A stretch of 64,000 bases of DNA. Origin: Nemertoderma westbladi (lineage: Eukaryota > Animalia > Xenacoelomorpha). The stretch is from contig JAUCBJ010006766.1 in the NCBI GenBank assembly GCA_032718475.1, forward strand, positions 1 through 64,000. The letters run 5' to 3'. Position 1 is the first letter of the stretch, and the number at the start of each line of letters is the position of its first letter. The notes below the pieces were generated by a model. That model did not search any database and was not told the DNA's origin. It was given only the letters and a program-made list of their open reading frames with translations. This document shows, in pieces, positions 56,301 through 64,000 of the stretch. Position numbers and translations under genes: made by a program.

Positions 56301-59300
56301 TTGGTCCCGGAAGTCGGTGTGTCTGTCCAATCAGCCTCAGATGTCGGTGTGTCTGCCCCCAAGCCCCGGTAGTCGGTGTGTCTGCCCCCCAAGCCCCGGT
56401 TGTCGGTGTGTCTGCCCCCCCCCCCCCCCAGCCCCGGTTGTCGGTGTGTCTGCCCCCCCAGCCTCGGTTGTCGGTGTGTCTGCCCCCCCCCCCCAGCCCC
56501 GCTTGTCGGTGTGTCTGCCCAATCAGCGTCGGAGGTAGGTGTGTCTGCCCCCCAAGCCCCGGTTGTCGGTGTGTCTGCCCTCCAAGCCCCGGTTGTCGGT
56601 GTGTCTGCCCCCCAAACCCCGGCTGTCGGTGTGTCTGCCCCCCAGCCCCGCTTGTTGGTGTGTCTGCCCCCCCAGCCTCGGTTGTCGGTGTGTCTGCCCA
56701 ATCAGCGTCGGAGGTAGGTGTGTCTGCCCCCCAAGCCCCGGTTGTCGGTGTGTCTGCCCCCCCAAGCCCCGGTTGTCGGTGTGTCTGCCCCCAAGCCCCG
56801 GTTGTCGGTGTGTCTGCCCCCCAAGCCCAGGTTGCCGGTGTGTCTGCCCCCCAAGCCCTGGTTGTCTGTGTGCCTGCCCAATCAGCCTCAGATGTAGGTT
56901 TGTCTGCCCCCCCCCCCCCCCCCCAGCCCCGGTTATCGGTGTGTATGCCCACCCGGCCCCGGTTGTCGGTGTGTCTGCCCCCCCAGCCCCGGTTGGCGGA
57001 GTGTCTGCCCCCCAAGCCCCGGTAGACGGTGTGTCTGCCCCCACGGACCCAGTGGGTGAACCAATCCCCTTAGGTAGCGGCACTTGTCCCGTCTGTGCGA
57101 GGGTTTTTTCCACTAAGGCAAACGGGTCCCTGCGCATCCACGGCCGTGTGGGTGCGCGCTGCCCGGGCTCTGATGTTCCCCCGATGGAGCCCACCGCCTC
57201 GCCGCAGCCTACCATGATCCAGCCGCCGAATGGGGTATTCTCTGATAAGGAAATCCTGGCGGTGTTGCGGGGCTGGCGATGCAGGCAGCAGAGGCACGTT
57301 CCCAAGGCATCGAGGGCTAACTTAGCCGACCTGCTATCGGATATCCTCAATGCGATTTTTGAGAACCCGTCGGACGTCCACGGCTGGATCAGGCTTCTTC
57401 TTGTGGGCCACTGCTGCATCCCGGCACCGAGGCGAGGTGGGAAGAAGCATCAGCGATCCCTCGCCTCAAAGGTTAACCACCTGATCTCGGACTTCCGTTC
57501 CACCTCCCTAGTGGATTCTGGGGTCCCTACACCTCTGCGTCGCCTCTCCGGACCCCGTCGCCAGAAGCTTGAAGAAGAATCCGTCCGGCTCGCCTCGGCA
57601 GTGGCCGAGAAGATCGAGGACGGGGACGTGAAGGGGGCCATCCGTTTGGCCTCCTCCAAGGACTCCATCGCTACCGATACCACTGAGACATTGGAGATGC
57701 TCCGCAGTAAGCACCCATCCAAACCCATCGATAGACGAGTCCCATCACCGCCAGTTGCGCCGTCAGCGAGGCCGTCTACACCAGCAACCCTCCGGAAGAT
57801 GATCGCCTTCTTCCCCTGCGGGAGTGCCGGTGGCCCCGATGGGGTGCGGCCCCAGATCTACAAGGATCTGGTCGCACCAACCAGCGGCGTAGCGGGTGAG
57901 CGCTTCCTCGCGAGTTTCGTGGACACCACGGTGGTAGGCGAGGTGCCAGTAGTCATCCGGCCTATCTTCTTTTGGGCTAACTTGTTTGCCTTCTCTAAGG
58001 TGGGCGGGGGCATCATGCCCATATCGGTGGGGGTCACACTCAGGCGCATGTGCGGCAAGTACGTTGGATACCTGGTGGCGGAGCAGCGGTCGGAGTCGTA
58101 TGGGACGGTTCAGCTGGGAATCGGCTGTAAGCTGGGAGTGGAAGCTGCCGCCCATGCAGTTGGGGCACTAGTGGGAGAAGAGAACTGGCCGGATACAATG
58201 TTGCTGGAGGTCGACTTCAGCAACGCGTTCAACTCCATTCGGCGGGATTCGATGCTGGAAGCTGTCTATAACCAGTACCCGGGCATATACAACTACACCC
58301 TCGCGGCCTATGGGGATGCAACCTTCCTCATGCATGGCGACGACACCATCCTTTCCGACGAGGGTGTTCAGAAGGGGGAAACTGACGGCCCTCGTCTCTT
58401 CGGGGACAACGCTAACCCCGTCATCCAGACAATGGAGTCTGCCTTCAACGTCTGGTACCTGGACGATGGGAACCTCTCCGACGACTCCCAGGTGGTACTG
58501 CGGGACCGGGCGCGGTTGATCGAGGAGGGGGAAGTGCGGTTTAATGATAAACCTCAGGAAGAGTGAGGTATTCTTCCTGGGGCCAGAGATGGAGGAGTCA
58601 CGCGCCCAGATACGTCGGGAGTTTGATACCATTTGCGCTGGCATCCAGTACCCGCCGTTGGTCGAGCTGACGATGCTGGGTGCGCCTATTGGAGACTCCG
58701 CCATCGAGTCCTGCCTCGCCTCCAAGGTAGGAAACCTCTCGACTCTCGCTAGCCGCCTGCCACTCCTCGACGCCCACCATGGGTTCTTCCTCCTGAAGAA
58801 CTCATTTGCCATGCCGCGGCTGACCTACTTCCTGCGGACGGCACCCTGGTTCCGGTTTCCGGCCCTACTACAGGACTTTGAACGCGTCCAGCGTAGCACA
58901 CTCCAGGAGGTCGCCAACACCCACTTTGACGACCTGGCCTGGGCCCAGGCTTGCCTCCCGGCAAGGGTTGGCGGTCTAGGATTGAGTTCTGCAGCACAGG
59001 TCGCACCCTCCACCTTCTTGGCTTCCGCGGCTGCATGCGCTACTCTCTCCAACCACCTTTACCCGTCTGCAGAGGTCCCCCCTAGCCCAGCAGTAGAGTT
59101 GGCACACGCAGTGCGCAACACCTCCCTTACAGCCGGTTCGGCGCTGCCCACCGTGCCTGTCCAGCGCGCATGGATGGCCCCTGTGCACGAGGAGTCCCTC
59201 TCCAGCATCCGTCGCGCAGCGTCGCAACTGAACCTCGTGCGACTGAACTCGGTCGACGACCCCACAGGGGGCTGCTGGCTCGATGCCCTCCCCTGCGCCT

Positions 59301-62300
59301 TGTTGGGGCTGAAACTAACCGACACCCAGTTCCGGATCGCCATCGCCACCCGGCTCGGGTGCAAGGTGGTGGAACCCCACACCTGTGACCATTGCGGTAG
59401 TCCAGTCGCTGCAGACGGCCTTCATAGTCTCTCCTGGCGGAGGAGTGCGGGCCGGCACCCCCGCCACACCATGATAAACAACTTGGTGAGGCGGGCACTG
59501 GTCAGCTGTGACATCCCGTCAGTCCTGGAACCCTCGGGTCTCTTCAGGAACGACGGGAAACGAGTGGACGGGGTGAACCTCGCCCCTTGGAGCTGGGGAC
59601 GAAGCCTTACTTGGGACGCTACGGTAGTCGACCCCCTCGCCCCCAGCCACCCCAACAGACCCTCATCGCCGGCGGGCGCACAGCTGAGGAGGCAGAGCGG
59701 AGGAAACGCGCAACGTATGTCGAGCTGGAGCAGCGGGGCCTCCACATTTTTCATCCTGTGGCCTTTGAGACCCTCAGCCGCCCGGCCCGGAGACTGCGGC
59801 CTTCCTCCGGGAGGTTGGCTCCCGAATGCACGCGTTCACCCACGAACCCCGCTCACACCGCTTCCTCCTACAGCGGATTCTGGTGGCCATTCTTTAAACT
59901 TACAACATTAAACTTAAATATTTTACTTCTATGAATAACAATAGTTTGAATTTAAAAGAAAATTTATTTTGTTTTTTTTTTTTGAAAATTACAATACATT
60001 TAAACTTTTTAACATATTCGTTGAAATGGAAATCCGGCCAAAAATTGAAATCCGGCCGGAGCCGGAACCGAATTTTCATCTCAAAATCCGGCCGGATATC
60101 TGGCACACCCCTAGTAGTGAGTATAAAATAATATATACATACATATCGGCCATACGCTATGTATCTCCAACTGTTGTACAGTAGAGACAAATGTTGTGGA
60201 ACCATCATACAGTAATTTGATTGTATAAATAACCCATTGAGGTTCTTCAAGCCTCTTACACATGAGAGGGACTCACTCATGATTTCAAGTTTTCACAATA
60301 GATATTGCTTTGTATGCCAGATGTTGTGTTCTCGAAATCCCCACAACATGCTTATGTATAAGTTAGTTTAGTTTAATTAGTTTAGTAATATATTTGTTAC
60401 AATTTCATTAATTTGAATTTCAAATTAAACGTACCCCGGAGTAAACTATAAAGACATAAGATCTACCGTTAAACTGTTCATTACTGCATTGTGGCTGGGT
60501 TTTTATAGTTACATACTAACCTGCTTTGCAACCGATAAACTTAATGTGAAGTCTTTGACCAGCAACGGGATTAAGAATCTTGACTTTAATCCATTGGACT
60601 GAGACCCAGACAGGTAAAGGTTGTTGAACTCTGACTGAACCTTCATCATTGCGACCGCCATTAAATAGCTATAAATTAATTGTTAAAATATAGAAAACAA
60701 CTTTATATCTATTATTTTGGGATGGACATTTATTGAAAGAACAATAAATAAATTAATAGATAACCTGTCCCCAGGAGCCGTTACATTGATGTAAATTTAT
60801 CCACTTATGACGATTTCATTGTAGCATCCCAAATTATGTTGTTGTGTAGTAAAATAAACCAACTCACATGTGACTCTCCCACCAGATCTTCATATGGCGT
60901 CGAAATAACTGGAGCGAAATCAACTTCGTTATTTTGCCTGATTTCCAGATACGCATCCATTTGTCGTAAAGCGAACATGACTCTGAATTCAACTTGATCT
61001 GATGTCTCATCTGGGTTCAAGATTTCTGTTTCAACTCCAATAACCGTGTACACCTGTAAAGATAAGCTATAACTGTGTGCACCTGTAAAGATTGCGTACA
61101 TCCTTGTACACCTGTAAGGTTAAGGTATAGCAATGTACACCTGTAAGGATAAGGTATAGCGATGTACACCTGTAAGGATAAGGTATAACTGTGTGCACCT
61201 GTAAAGATTGCGTACATCCTTGTACACCTGTAAGGTTAAGGTATAGCAATGTACACCTGTAAGGATAAGGTATAGCGATGTACACCTGTAAGGATAAGGT
61301 ATAACTGTGTACACCTGTAAAGATAAGCTATAACTGTGTACACCTGTAAAGATTGGGTACATCCTTGTACACCTGTAAAGATAAGCTACAACTGTGTACA
61401 CCTGTAAAGATTGGGTACATCCTTGTACACCTGTAAGGTTAAGTTATAACCGTGTACACCTGTAAAGATATTGTATAACCGTGTACACCTGTAAGGTTAA
61501 GGTATAACCGTGTACACCTGTAAGGTTAAGGTATAACCGTGTACACCTGCAAAGATAAGGTATAACAGTGTACACCTGTAAAGATAAGGTATAACAGTGT
61601 ACACCTGTAAGGATAAGGTATAACAGTGTACACCTGTAAGAATAAGGTATAACAGTGTACACCTGTAAGGTTAAGGTATAACCGTGTACACCTGTAAGAA
61701 TAAGGTATTGTATAACCGTAACCATGTACGTACTCCTGTAAGTATAATGTGTATCCGCGTACAGGAGAATGGGGGTAAACTTGGAAGGTGTATGGTTGAG
61801 TGATGGGTGATTGGGTGTATGGTGAGATCTGGGGACTCTAAGTTGCTTGTCTGTGCTCTGGGTCTCTGGCTCTGGATCTATCTTATTCTACTTTGACACG
61901 TCGCCTTTGGAATGGCAAACTAGGGTGCGGTATTTGCCCTGAGAGTAACGTGGAGCTCCGGCCACTAGAGGTCAGTGGAATTACCGAAAACAATTAGCCT
62001 CACGGTGTCAGTTATCTCCTGGCCGGCTGCCTGTCTTTTCCCCTACCCTACTGGAGAGAGAGTGGCCAACAATTATTTGAGTCCCTTTACTCATGACCGT
62101 TCTAGCCCAAAACAAACCCTAAGTTTGTGAGAGGAAGATGGATTCTGGAGTTGGAGGCTACTCTCAATGTTCCACTCCGACCAACCAAGCCATTATTGGT
62201 GTACCGGAGGCAAATCATAAGACTATCCTCAGTTAATACCACTCGGGTTCCCAATGCGACAAGGTGAGCTGACAGCCATGGCTTCATCTTTATGCAGTGG

Positions 62301-62722
62301 GTGTGGTGTTCAAGAATACCGAATACAGGCTGGACAGATTGACGAGGTTCTGATTAGGATATGTGAGGTGGTTGGCGACTTGCCCTCGCCTCAGGCGATC
62401 GCAGAATGGTAATGGAAAAATTGGCCTAATGAATTATGTTATTTATGAATACAACTGCACTTACAGCATTGGACGAACTTCTGGACTGCGGACGCTACAT
62501 ATACAAAAGGGATCATAGACACATTTGATGATATTGTATCATCATCTCGATTTACAAAATCAATATTAAATGTCTCAACGCTAATATAACAAGAAACTTA
62601 CCTCTTCATCGTCTCCATTAGTACCCAACTCGAAAGTAATATGACTTTGTCCAACGGTGTCTCCTATTACCCAGCCTCCTGAATCGAAGTCAGCCCCGTC
62701 TGTGTCTCCAGGACCGAGATAC
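5271..62722 (-). CDS. Giant multi-exon gene (5' end outside window): repeated discoidin/F5-8C-like domains separated by (TPPPG)n mucin/extensin-like stalks; at least ~5,550 aa; probably extracellular
   Basis: 25 exons, all GT-AG with mutually compatible phases. Transcript order is A-J, A-J, A-D, terminal exon. Total 16,675 nt, reading in frame to TAA at 5271-5273. Domains show a discoidin-like pattern (GW...DLG/FELG...V..V.T...Y/FRV.F...R/QW(I/V).V...(I/L)GC). Exons recur nearly identically in each unit. Confidence 0.85.
5397..5545 (-). CDS. Exon D, copy 1 (GCLLNAQDY...GWSP...GLDLGGIYS; N-terminal part of a discoidin-like domain)
   Basis: tatcAG|...|GTAAGT, 149 nt, phase 1-0; recurs at 26618 and 53992. 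Confidence 0.8.
6270..6417 (-). CDS. Exon C, copy 1 ([12 protein letters not shown]...QWIKVKI...IKFIGCKA; C-terminal part of a discoidin-like domain)
   Basis: ttatAG|...|GTTAGT, 148 nt, phase 0-1; recurs at 30330 and 60521. Confidence 0.8.
6566..7091. mobile_element. Non-autonomous DNA transposon/MITE, possibly PIF/Harbinger-like
   Basis: Termini AGGTGGTGGGG...CCCCACCC with TTA on both sides. The same element is at 30624-31184, and the empty site (ccacTTAtgacg) is at 60801-60812 in copy 3. Confidence 0.65.
7155..7340 (-). CDS. Exon B, copy 1 ([10 protein letters not shown]...FRVMFAL...LVGESH)
   Basis: ttacAG|...|GTGAGT, 186 nt, phase 0-0; recurs at 31248 and 60868. Confidence 0.8.
7603..7723 (-). 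CDS. Exon A, copy 1 ([10 protein letters not shown]...GGWVIG...[13 protein letters not shown])
   Basis: tcttAG|...|GTAAGT, 121 nt, phase 2-0; recurs at 33111 and 62602. Confidence 0.8.
7945..11386 (-). repeat. 64-bp minisatellite (~54 copies) made of the 3' end of exon J plus its 5' splice donor
   Basis: Period 64 (GGATCC at 7989, 8053...). Minus-strand unit: GCGATATGTTAACCTGTTGTCCATCAGGGGATCCTGTTGATATTCCAGTTGTTAG|GTGAGTAGC. Confidence 0.95.
11333..11465 (-). CDS. Exon J, copy 1 ([44 protein letters not shown])
   Basis: atttAG|...AG|GTGAGT, 133 nt, phase 1-2; joins exon A to form AGG (Arg); recurs at 41048. Confidence 0.8.
11620..13040 (-). mobile_element. Highly degraded CR1/L2-type LINE reverse-transcriptase fragment
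   Basis: Relics of RT motifs in the correct order on -: DPNNYRP..LPILSK (~12950-12990), DLKKA-like (~12650), GVQKGS (~12320-12340), LFVDDT (~12225-12245); many stops and indels. Confidence 0.55.
13259..13406 (-). CDS. Exon I, copy 1 ([10 protein letters not shown]...[10 protein letters not shown])
   Basis: tttcAG|...|GTAAAC, 148 nt, phase 0-1; recurs at 41359. Confidence 0.8.
13647..14070. mobile_element. Putative MITE (~420 bp)
   Basis: Inverted termini GACTCATTCGAACCG...CGGTTCGAATGAGTC, with a further imperfect internal match (gatttagtg/cactaaatc); absent from the paralogous intron. Confidence 0.45.
14218..14354 (-). CDS. Exon H, copy 1 ([15 protein letters not shown]...LLDGAKTPM)
   Basis: tttcAG|...|GTAGGT, 137 nt, phase 1-0; recurs at 43167. 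Confidence 0.8.
15645..15815. repeat. Short CCCGGACTTTTCGT-type tandem/inverted repeat cluster (MITE-like)
   Basis: About 7 copies of CCGGA(C/A)TTTTC at ~14-15 bp spacing, then inverted copies (GGGACGAA). Confidence 0.5.
16786..16960. repeat. Local tandem duplication (~71 bp) plus 10-bp TCATTCTAG repeats
   Basis: GGTCGGTATTGCATTCTATCA...GCTCATTCTAGGTGATTC occurs twice, then (A/C)TCATTCTAG units. Confidence 0.6.
17074..17189. repeat. Perfect 53-bp inverted repeat with a 10-nt loop
   Basis: Arms 17074-17126 and 17137-17189 are exact reverse complements. Confidence 0.9.
17919..25403 (-). CDS. Giant exon G, copy 1: GPPTEA-(TPPPG)~485[11 protein letters not shown]...[10 protein letters not shown] (7485 nt)
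   Basis: TACTAAC branch point and ctattacAG acceptor at 25404-25419, GTGAGA donor, phase 1-1, length divisible by 3, no stops; variation almost only at wobble positions. Confidence 0.88.
18116..25386. repeat. Coding 15-bp tandem repeat (~485 units)
   Basis: (GGNGGNGGNGTNCCN)n on +, which is (ACNCCNCCNCCNGGN)n on -. Confidence 0.97.
25636..25792 (-). CDS. Exon F, copy 1 ([10 protein letters not shown]...[14 protein letters not shown]...FGVVGECGQ)
   Basis: tttcAG|...|GTGAGA, 157 nt, phase 0-1; discoidin C-terminal pattern. Confidence 0.82.
26012..26200 (-). CDS. Exon E, copy 1 (VNSLVIFHH...KYRVIFAE...PYDYK)
   Basis: ttttAG|...|GTTGGT, 189 nt, phase 0-0; recurs at 52238. Confidence 0.78.
26576..26606. 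repeat. (TTTCA)n microsatellite next to the exon D donor
   Basis: About 6 units; absent from the paralogous flank at 53970-53991. Confidence 0.8.
26618..26766 (-). CDS. Exon D, copy 2
   Basis: Matches 5397-5545; AG/GTAAGT boundaries. Confidence 0.8.
27076..27330 (-). mobile_element. tRNA-derived SINE
   Basis: On -: A-box TGGTCTAGTGG, B-box GGTTCGATCCC, then body CCTTTCATCCTTCAGTGGTCGATAAATGGGAACC; second copy at 54258-54490 on +. Confidence 0.7.
28201..29409 (+). mobile_element. 5'-truncated RTE-type non-LTR retrotransposon (RT fragment), inactivated
   Basis: [29 protein letters not shown] and FCYLGS motifs; frameshift and stop; (TAG)n 3' tail; target-site duplication TAGCTTATAATT at 28189-28200 and 29407-29418. 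Confidence 0.88.
30330..30477 (-). CDS. Exon C, copy 2
   Basis: Near-identical to 6270-6417. Confidence 0.8.
30624..31184. mobile_element. Second copy of the TTA-flanked MITE at the same intron position
   Basis: Homologous to 6566-7091. Confidence 0.65.
31248..31433 (-). CDS. Exon B, copy 2
   Basis: Near-identical to 7155-7340. Confidence 0.8.
31425..32495 (-). repeat. 29-bp minisatellite (~36 copies) made of the 3' splice acceptor plus the start of exon B
   Basis: Minus-strand unit CCTTAACCTTACAG|GTGTACACTGTTATA; period 29 (32301, 32330). Confidence 0.93.
32500..33030. repeat. Unclassified ~500-bp intronic segment shared with 61906-62500
   Basis: Clearly homologous in copies 2 and 3, absent from copy 1; more GC-rich than flanks, possibly a TE fragment. 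Confidence 0.5.
33111..33231 (-). CDS. Exon A, copy 2
   Basis: Matches 7603-7723. Confidence 0.8.
34130..41101 (-). repeat. 64-bp exon-end/splice-donor minisatellite (~109 copies) with a ~2.4-kb higher-order duplication
   Basis: Same unit as 7945-11386; rare variants recur 2406 bp apart (36904/39310; 37015/39421). Confidence 0.95.
41048..41180 (-). CDS. Exon J, copy 2
   Basis: Near-identical to 11333-11465. Confidence 0.8.
41359..41506 (-). CDS. Exon I, copy 2
   Basis: Near-identical to 13259-13406. Confidence 0.8.
41560..43110. repeat. Intronic 15-bp minisatellite (TTTTTACTCTCGATA)n, ~100 copies
   Basis: Direct tandem units with 1-nt indels; a variant block recurs 420 bp apart (41901/42321). 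Confidence 0.93.
43167..43303 (-). CDS. Exon H, copy 2
   Basis: Homologous to 14218-14354 with a few substitutions; AG/GTAGGT boundaries. Confidence 0.8.
43690..44768 (+). mobile_element. Degraded second copy of the RTE-type LINE
   Basis: Homologous to 28310-29409 ([26 protein letters not shown]); (TAG)n tail; several frameshifts. Confidence 0.82.
45842..51634 (-). CDS. Giant exon G, copy 2: (TPPPG)~372 plus start of a discoidin-like domain (5793 nt)
   Basis: Same TACTAAC/ttacAG acceptor and GTGAGA donor as copy 1; length divisible by 3; no stops. Confidence 0.88.
46039..51617. repeat. Coding 15-bp tandem repeat (~372 units)
   Basis: Same unit as 18116-25386. Confidence 0.97.
51867..52023 (-). 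CDS. Exon F, copy 2
   Basis: Matches 25636-25792. Confidence 0.82.
52238..52426 (-). CDS. Exon E, copy 2
   Basis: Matches 26012-26200. Confidence 0.78.
52779..53522. repeat. Intronic 17-bp minisatellite (ATCATGAAACATACCAC)n, ~43 copies
   Basis: Highly homogeneous tandem array, period 17. Confidence 0.95.
53992..54140 (-). CDS. Exon D, copy 3
   Basis: Homologous to 5397-5545 (MDDSFGW variant); AG/GTAAGT boundaries. Confidence 0.8.
54258..54492 (+). mobile_element. tRNA-derived SINE (same family as 27076-27330)
   Basis: A-box TGGTCTAGTGG, B-box-like GGTTTGATCCC, shared body sequence. Confidence 0.7.
54985..55856. mobile_element. Foldback/palindromic MITE with TA flanks (Tc1/mariner-like)
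   Basis: TA|CACCATGTCCCGTAA...TTACGGGACTTGGTG|TA; imperfect inverted arms of ~400 bp centred near 55400. Confidence 0.75.
56070..59892 (+). mobile_element. CRE-like non-LTR retrotransposon (Zn finger, RT, restriction-like endonuclease), frameshifted and 3'-truncated
   Basis: GC-rich. 5' 33-bp and ~30-bp tandem repeats; CPVC...H...C finger; [16 protein letters not shown] and WYLDDG RT motifs; CDHCG...H...RH; EP.GL...DGKRVDG...WDATVVD endonuclease. Frameshifts near 58540 and 59660; breaks off at LLQRILVAI. Confidence 0.85.
60521..60668 (-). CDS. Exon C, copy 3
   Basis: Near-identical to 30330-30477. Confidence 0.8.
60868..61053 (-). CDS. Exon B, copy 3
   Basis: Near-identical to 7155-7340; starts GTGTACACGGTT like the adjacent repeat unit. 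Confidence 0.8.
61043..61712 (-). repeat. 29-bp splice-acceptor minisatellite (~22 copies)
   Basis: TTACAG|GTG(T/C)AC junctions at 61053, 61082, 61111, 61140... Confidence 0.93.
62602..62722 (-). CDS. Exon A, copy 3 (first exon of the gene visible in the window)
   Basis: Matches 7603-7723; phase-2 start implies a further upstream exon outside the window. Confidence 0.8.
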
Positions 62723-64000
62723 CTAAGATAATAATTAAATTTATTGATATTACCGGCATCACTTTATAGAGACGTGTATACGTTACGGTGTAGTGTTACT
62801 CGCTATGGGGTGTGTTAACATACTTATACTTATTAATATATATACCTTATTATTAAATATCTGGGTCTGGGCCAGGTATACGGGGTAACAGTTTATTCTA
62901 GAACACTGAATGTAGACAATTATTTGAGATATGATTGCCATTATAGGCAGAGCGCGGGATTAACGTTGTACTCTCCTTGATAAAGGGCCAAAATATGATA
63001 GCCCACTCCCTGGCGAATAAATTATTCATCCGTCCTGTTAGCTCAGTGGTTATAGACACAAAACATTCGGCTGAAGATAACCGAGGGTTTAATAACCGGA
63101 GGACCCAACTGGGTCGGGTGATATATGTTTAGACAACGACACCTCTTATACTATAGATTAATGTAAAATAAAAGTGATGGGTGAAAGTGTGAAATACGAA
63201 TCACCGCAGGCAACTCCTTCCTCTCGCCTGTTACCTGTAAGGTAGGGACGGCGACACACTAACTCCCAAGGGTTAATAATGAATAACCATCCAACCCTAT
63301 CTTAAATACTACATCCGATTTGAACCTGCACCGCCAACACTCCTTTCAGGCGCTGTATTCACTCGGACATTGCGAGCGACAGGATCATGGGGAGAGAGTA
63401 ATCATTGCGATTCCAATAATTACAAGGTCACATTGCGATTTTGAAAACAGTATACTAATTGGATAGTATTTTGTACATATATTTCAATTTATCAATTTAG
63501 TTAATATTACTGTATGCCTGCTGCATACAATCTACATAATTTATGCTATCGCATTATTGACCAATAGCAATGCCAAACCGGAAGTACCAAATAAATACCG
63601 AATGCCTGTATAAACCATTCGCCATTGCCAATACGATTGGGCTATATTTATATACTAAGGAATAATAACTTGATATTAATTGCATTGCCTTCATAGCAGA
63701 TTCAGTAGTAGGATTATTCTTGTAATACATTTACAATTTACAGTACAATGTACGCATTTATGATATTATAAAGTTTATCAGTAACTAATTTGTAAGACAA
63801 TAAATAATTAAATAAGTCAGGTTTGGCTAGTATAGTAGTTTGGCTATAATAATCGGTTTGCGTTATATTCGAAATTTTTTTCAACCAAAAGTTAAACACA
63901 GAGCACAGGTAACAGAGTGGCGGCCCAAAGCCTAATTAAAACGTATAGGGTTTCATGTCACTTTTAATGATGGTTTGTTGGTCAGGCCTAACCAAAATAA

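Larger units (their letters stand above)
54501..60113. mobile_element. hAT-like non-autonomous composite element (5.6 kb) containing nested elements
   Basis: TIRs TAGGGATGTGCCGGAT and (reverse complement) TAGGGGTGTGCCAGAT, CCGG-rich subterminal repeats, exact 8-bp TSD GTAGTGAG (54493-54500, 60114-60121). Confidence 0.78.

Noticed and set aside
5397-62722. The repeated exon blocks as an assembly or haplotig artefact
   Set aside because: There are three copies with different introns, TE insertions and repeat counts, and the reading frame is continuous across unit boundaries. Long-read confirmation is still advisable.

Overview
This is eukaryotic, animal-like genomic DNA with two convergent genes. 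On the + strand is an intronless RNA polymerase III second-largest subunit gene (POLR3B/RPC2, 1594-4983). The rest of the window is the 3' part of one giant spliced gene on the - strand that the ORF track largely misses. I reconstructed 25 GT-AG exons by hand; their phases all join, giving at least ~5,550 aa, and the 5' end lies beyond the window. The gene is built from tandem copies of a 10-exon unit (two full copies plus a partial one, ~25-30 kb period). Each unit encodes three divergent discoidin (F5/8 type C)-like domains and one giant exon of (TPPPG)n, with ~485 and ~372 repeats. The large + strand 'GGGVP' ORFs are the antisense of these exons. The most unusual feature is that two intronic minisatellites are amplified splice junctions. 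A 64-bp unit repeats an exon end plus the TAG|GTGAGT donor (~54 and ~109 copies), and a 29-bp unit repeats a branch-like motif, the CAG| acceptor and the exon start (~2, ~36 and ~22 copies). The introns also hold RTE-, CR1- and CRE-type retroelement remnants, tRNA-derived SINEs, MITEs and a nested hAT-like composite element. All coordinates and counts were made by eye.
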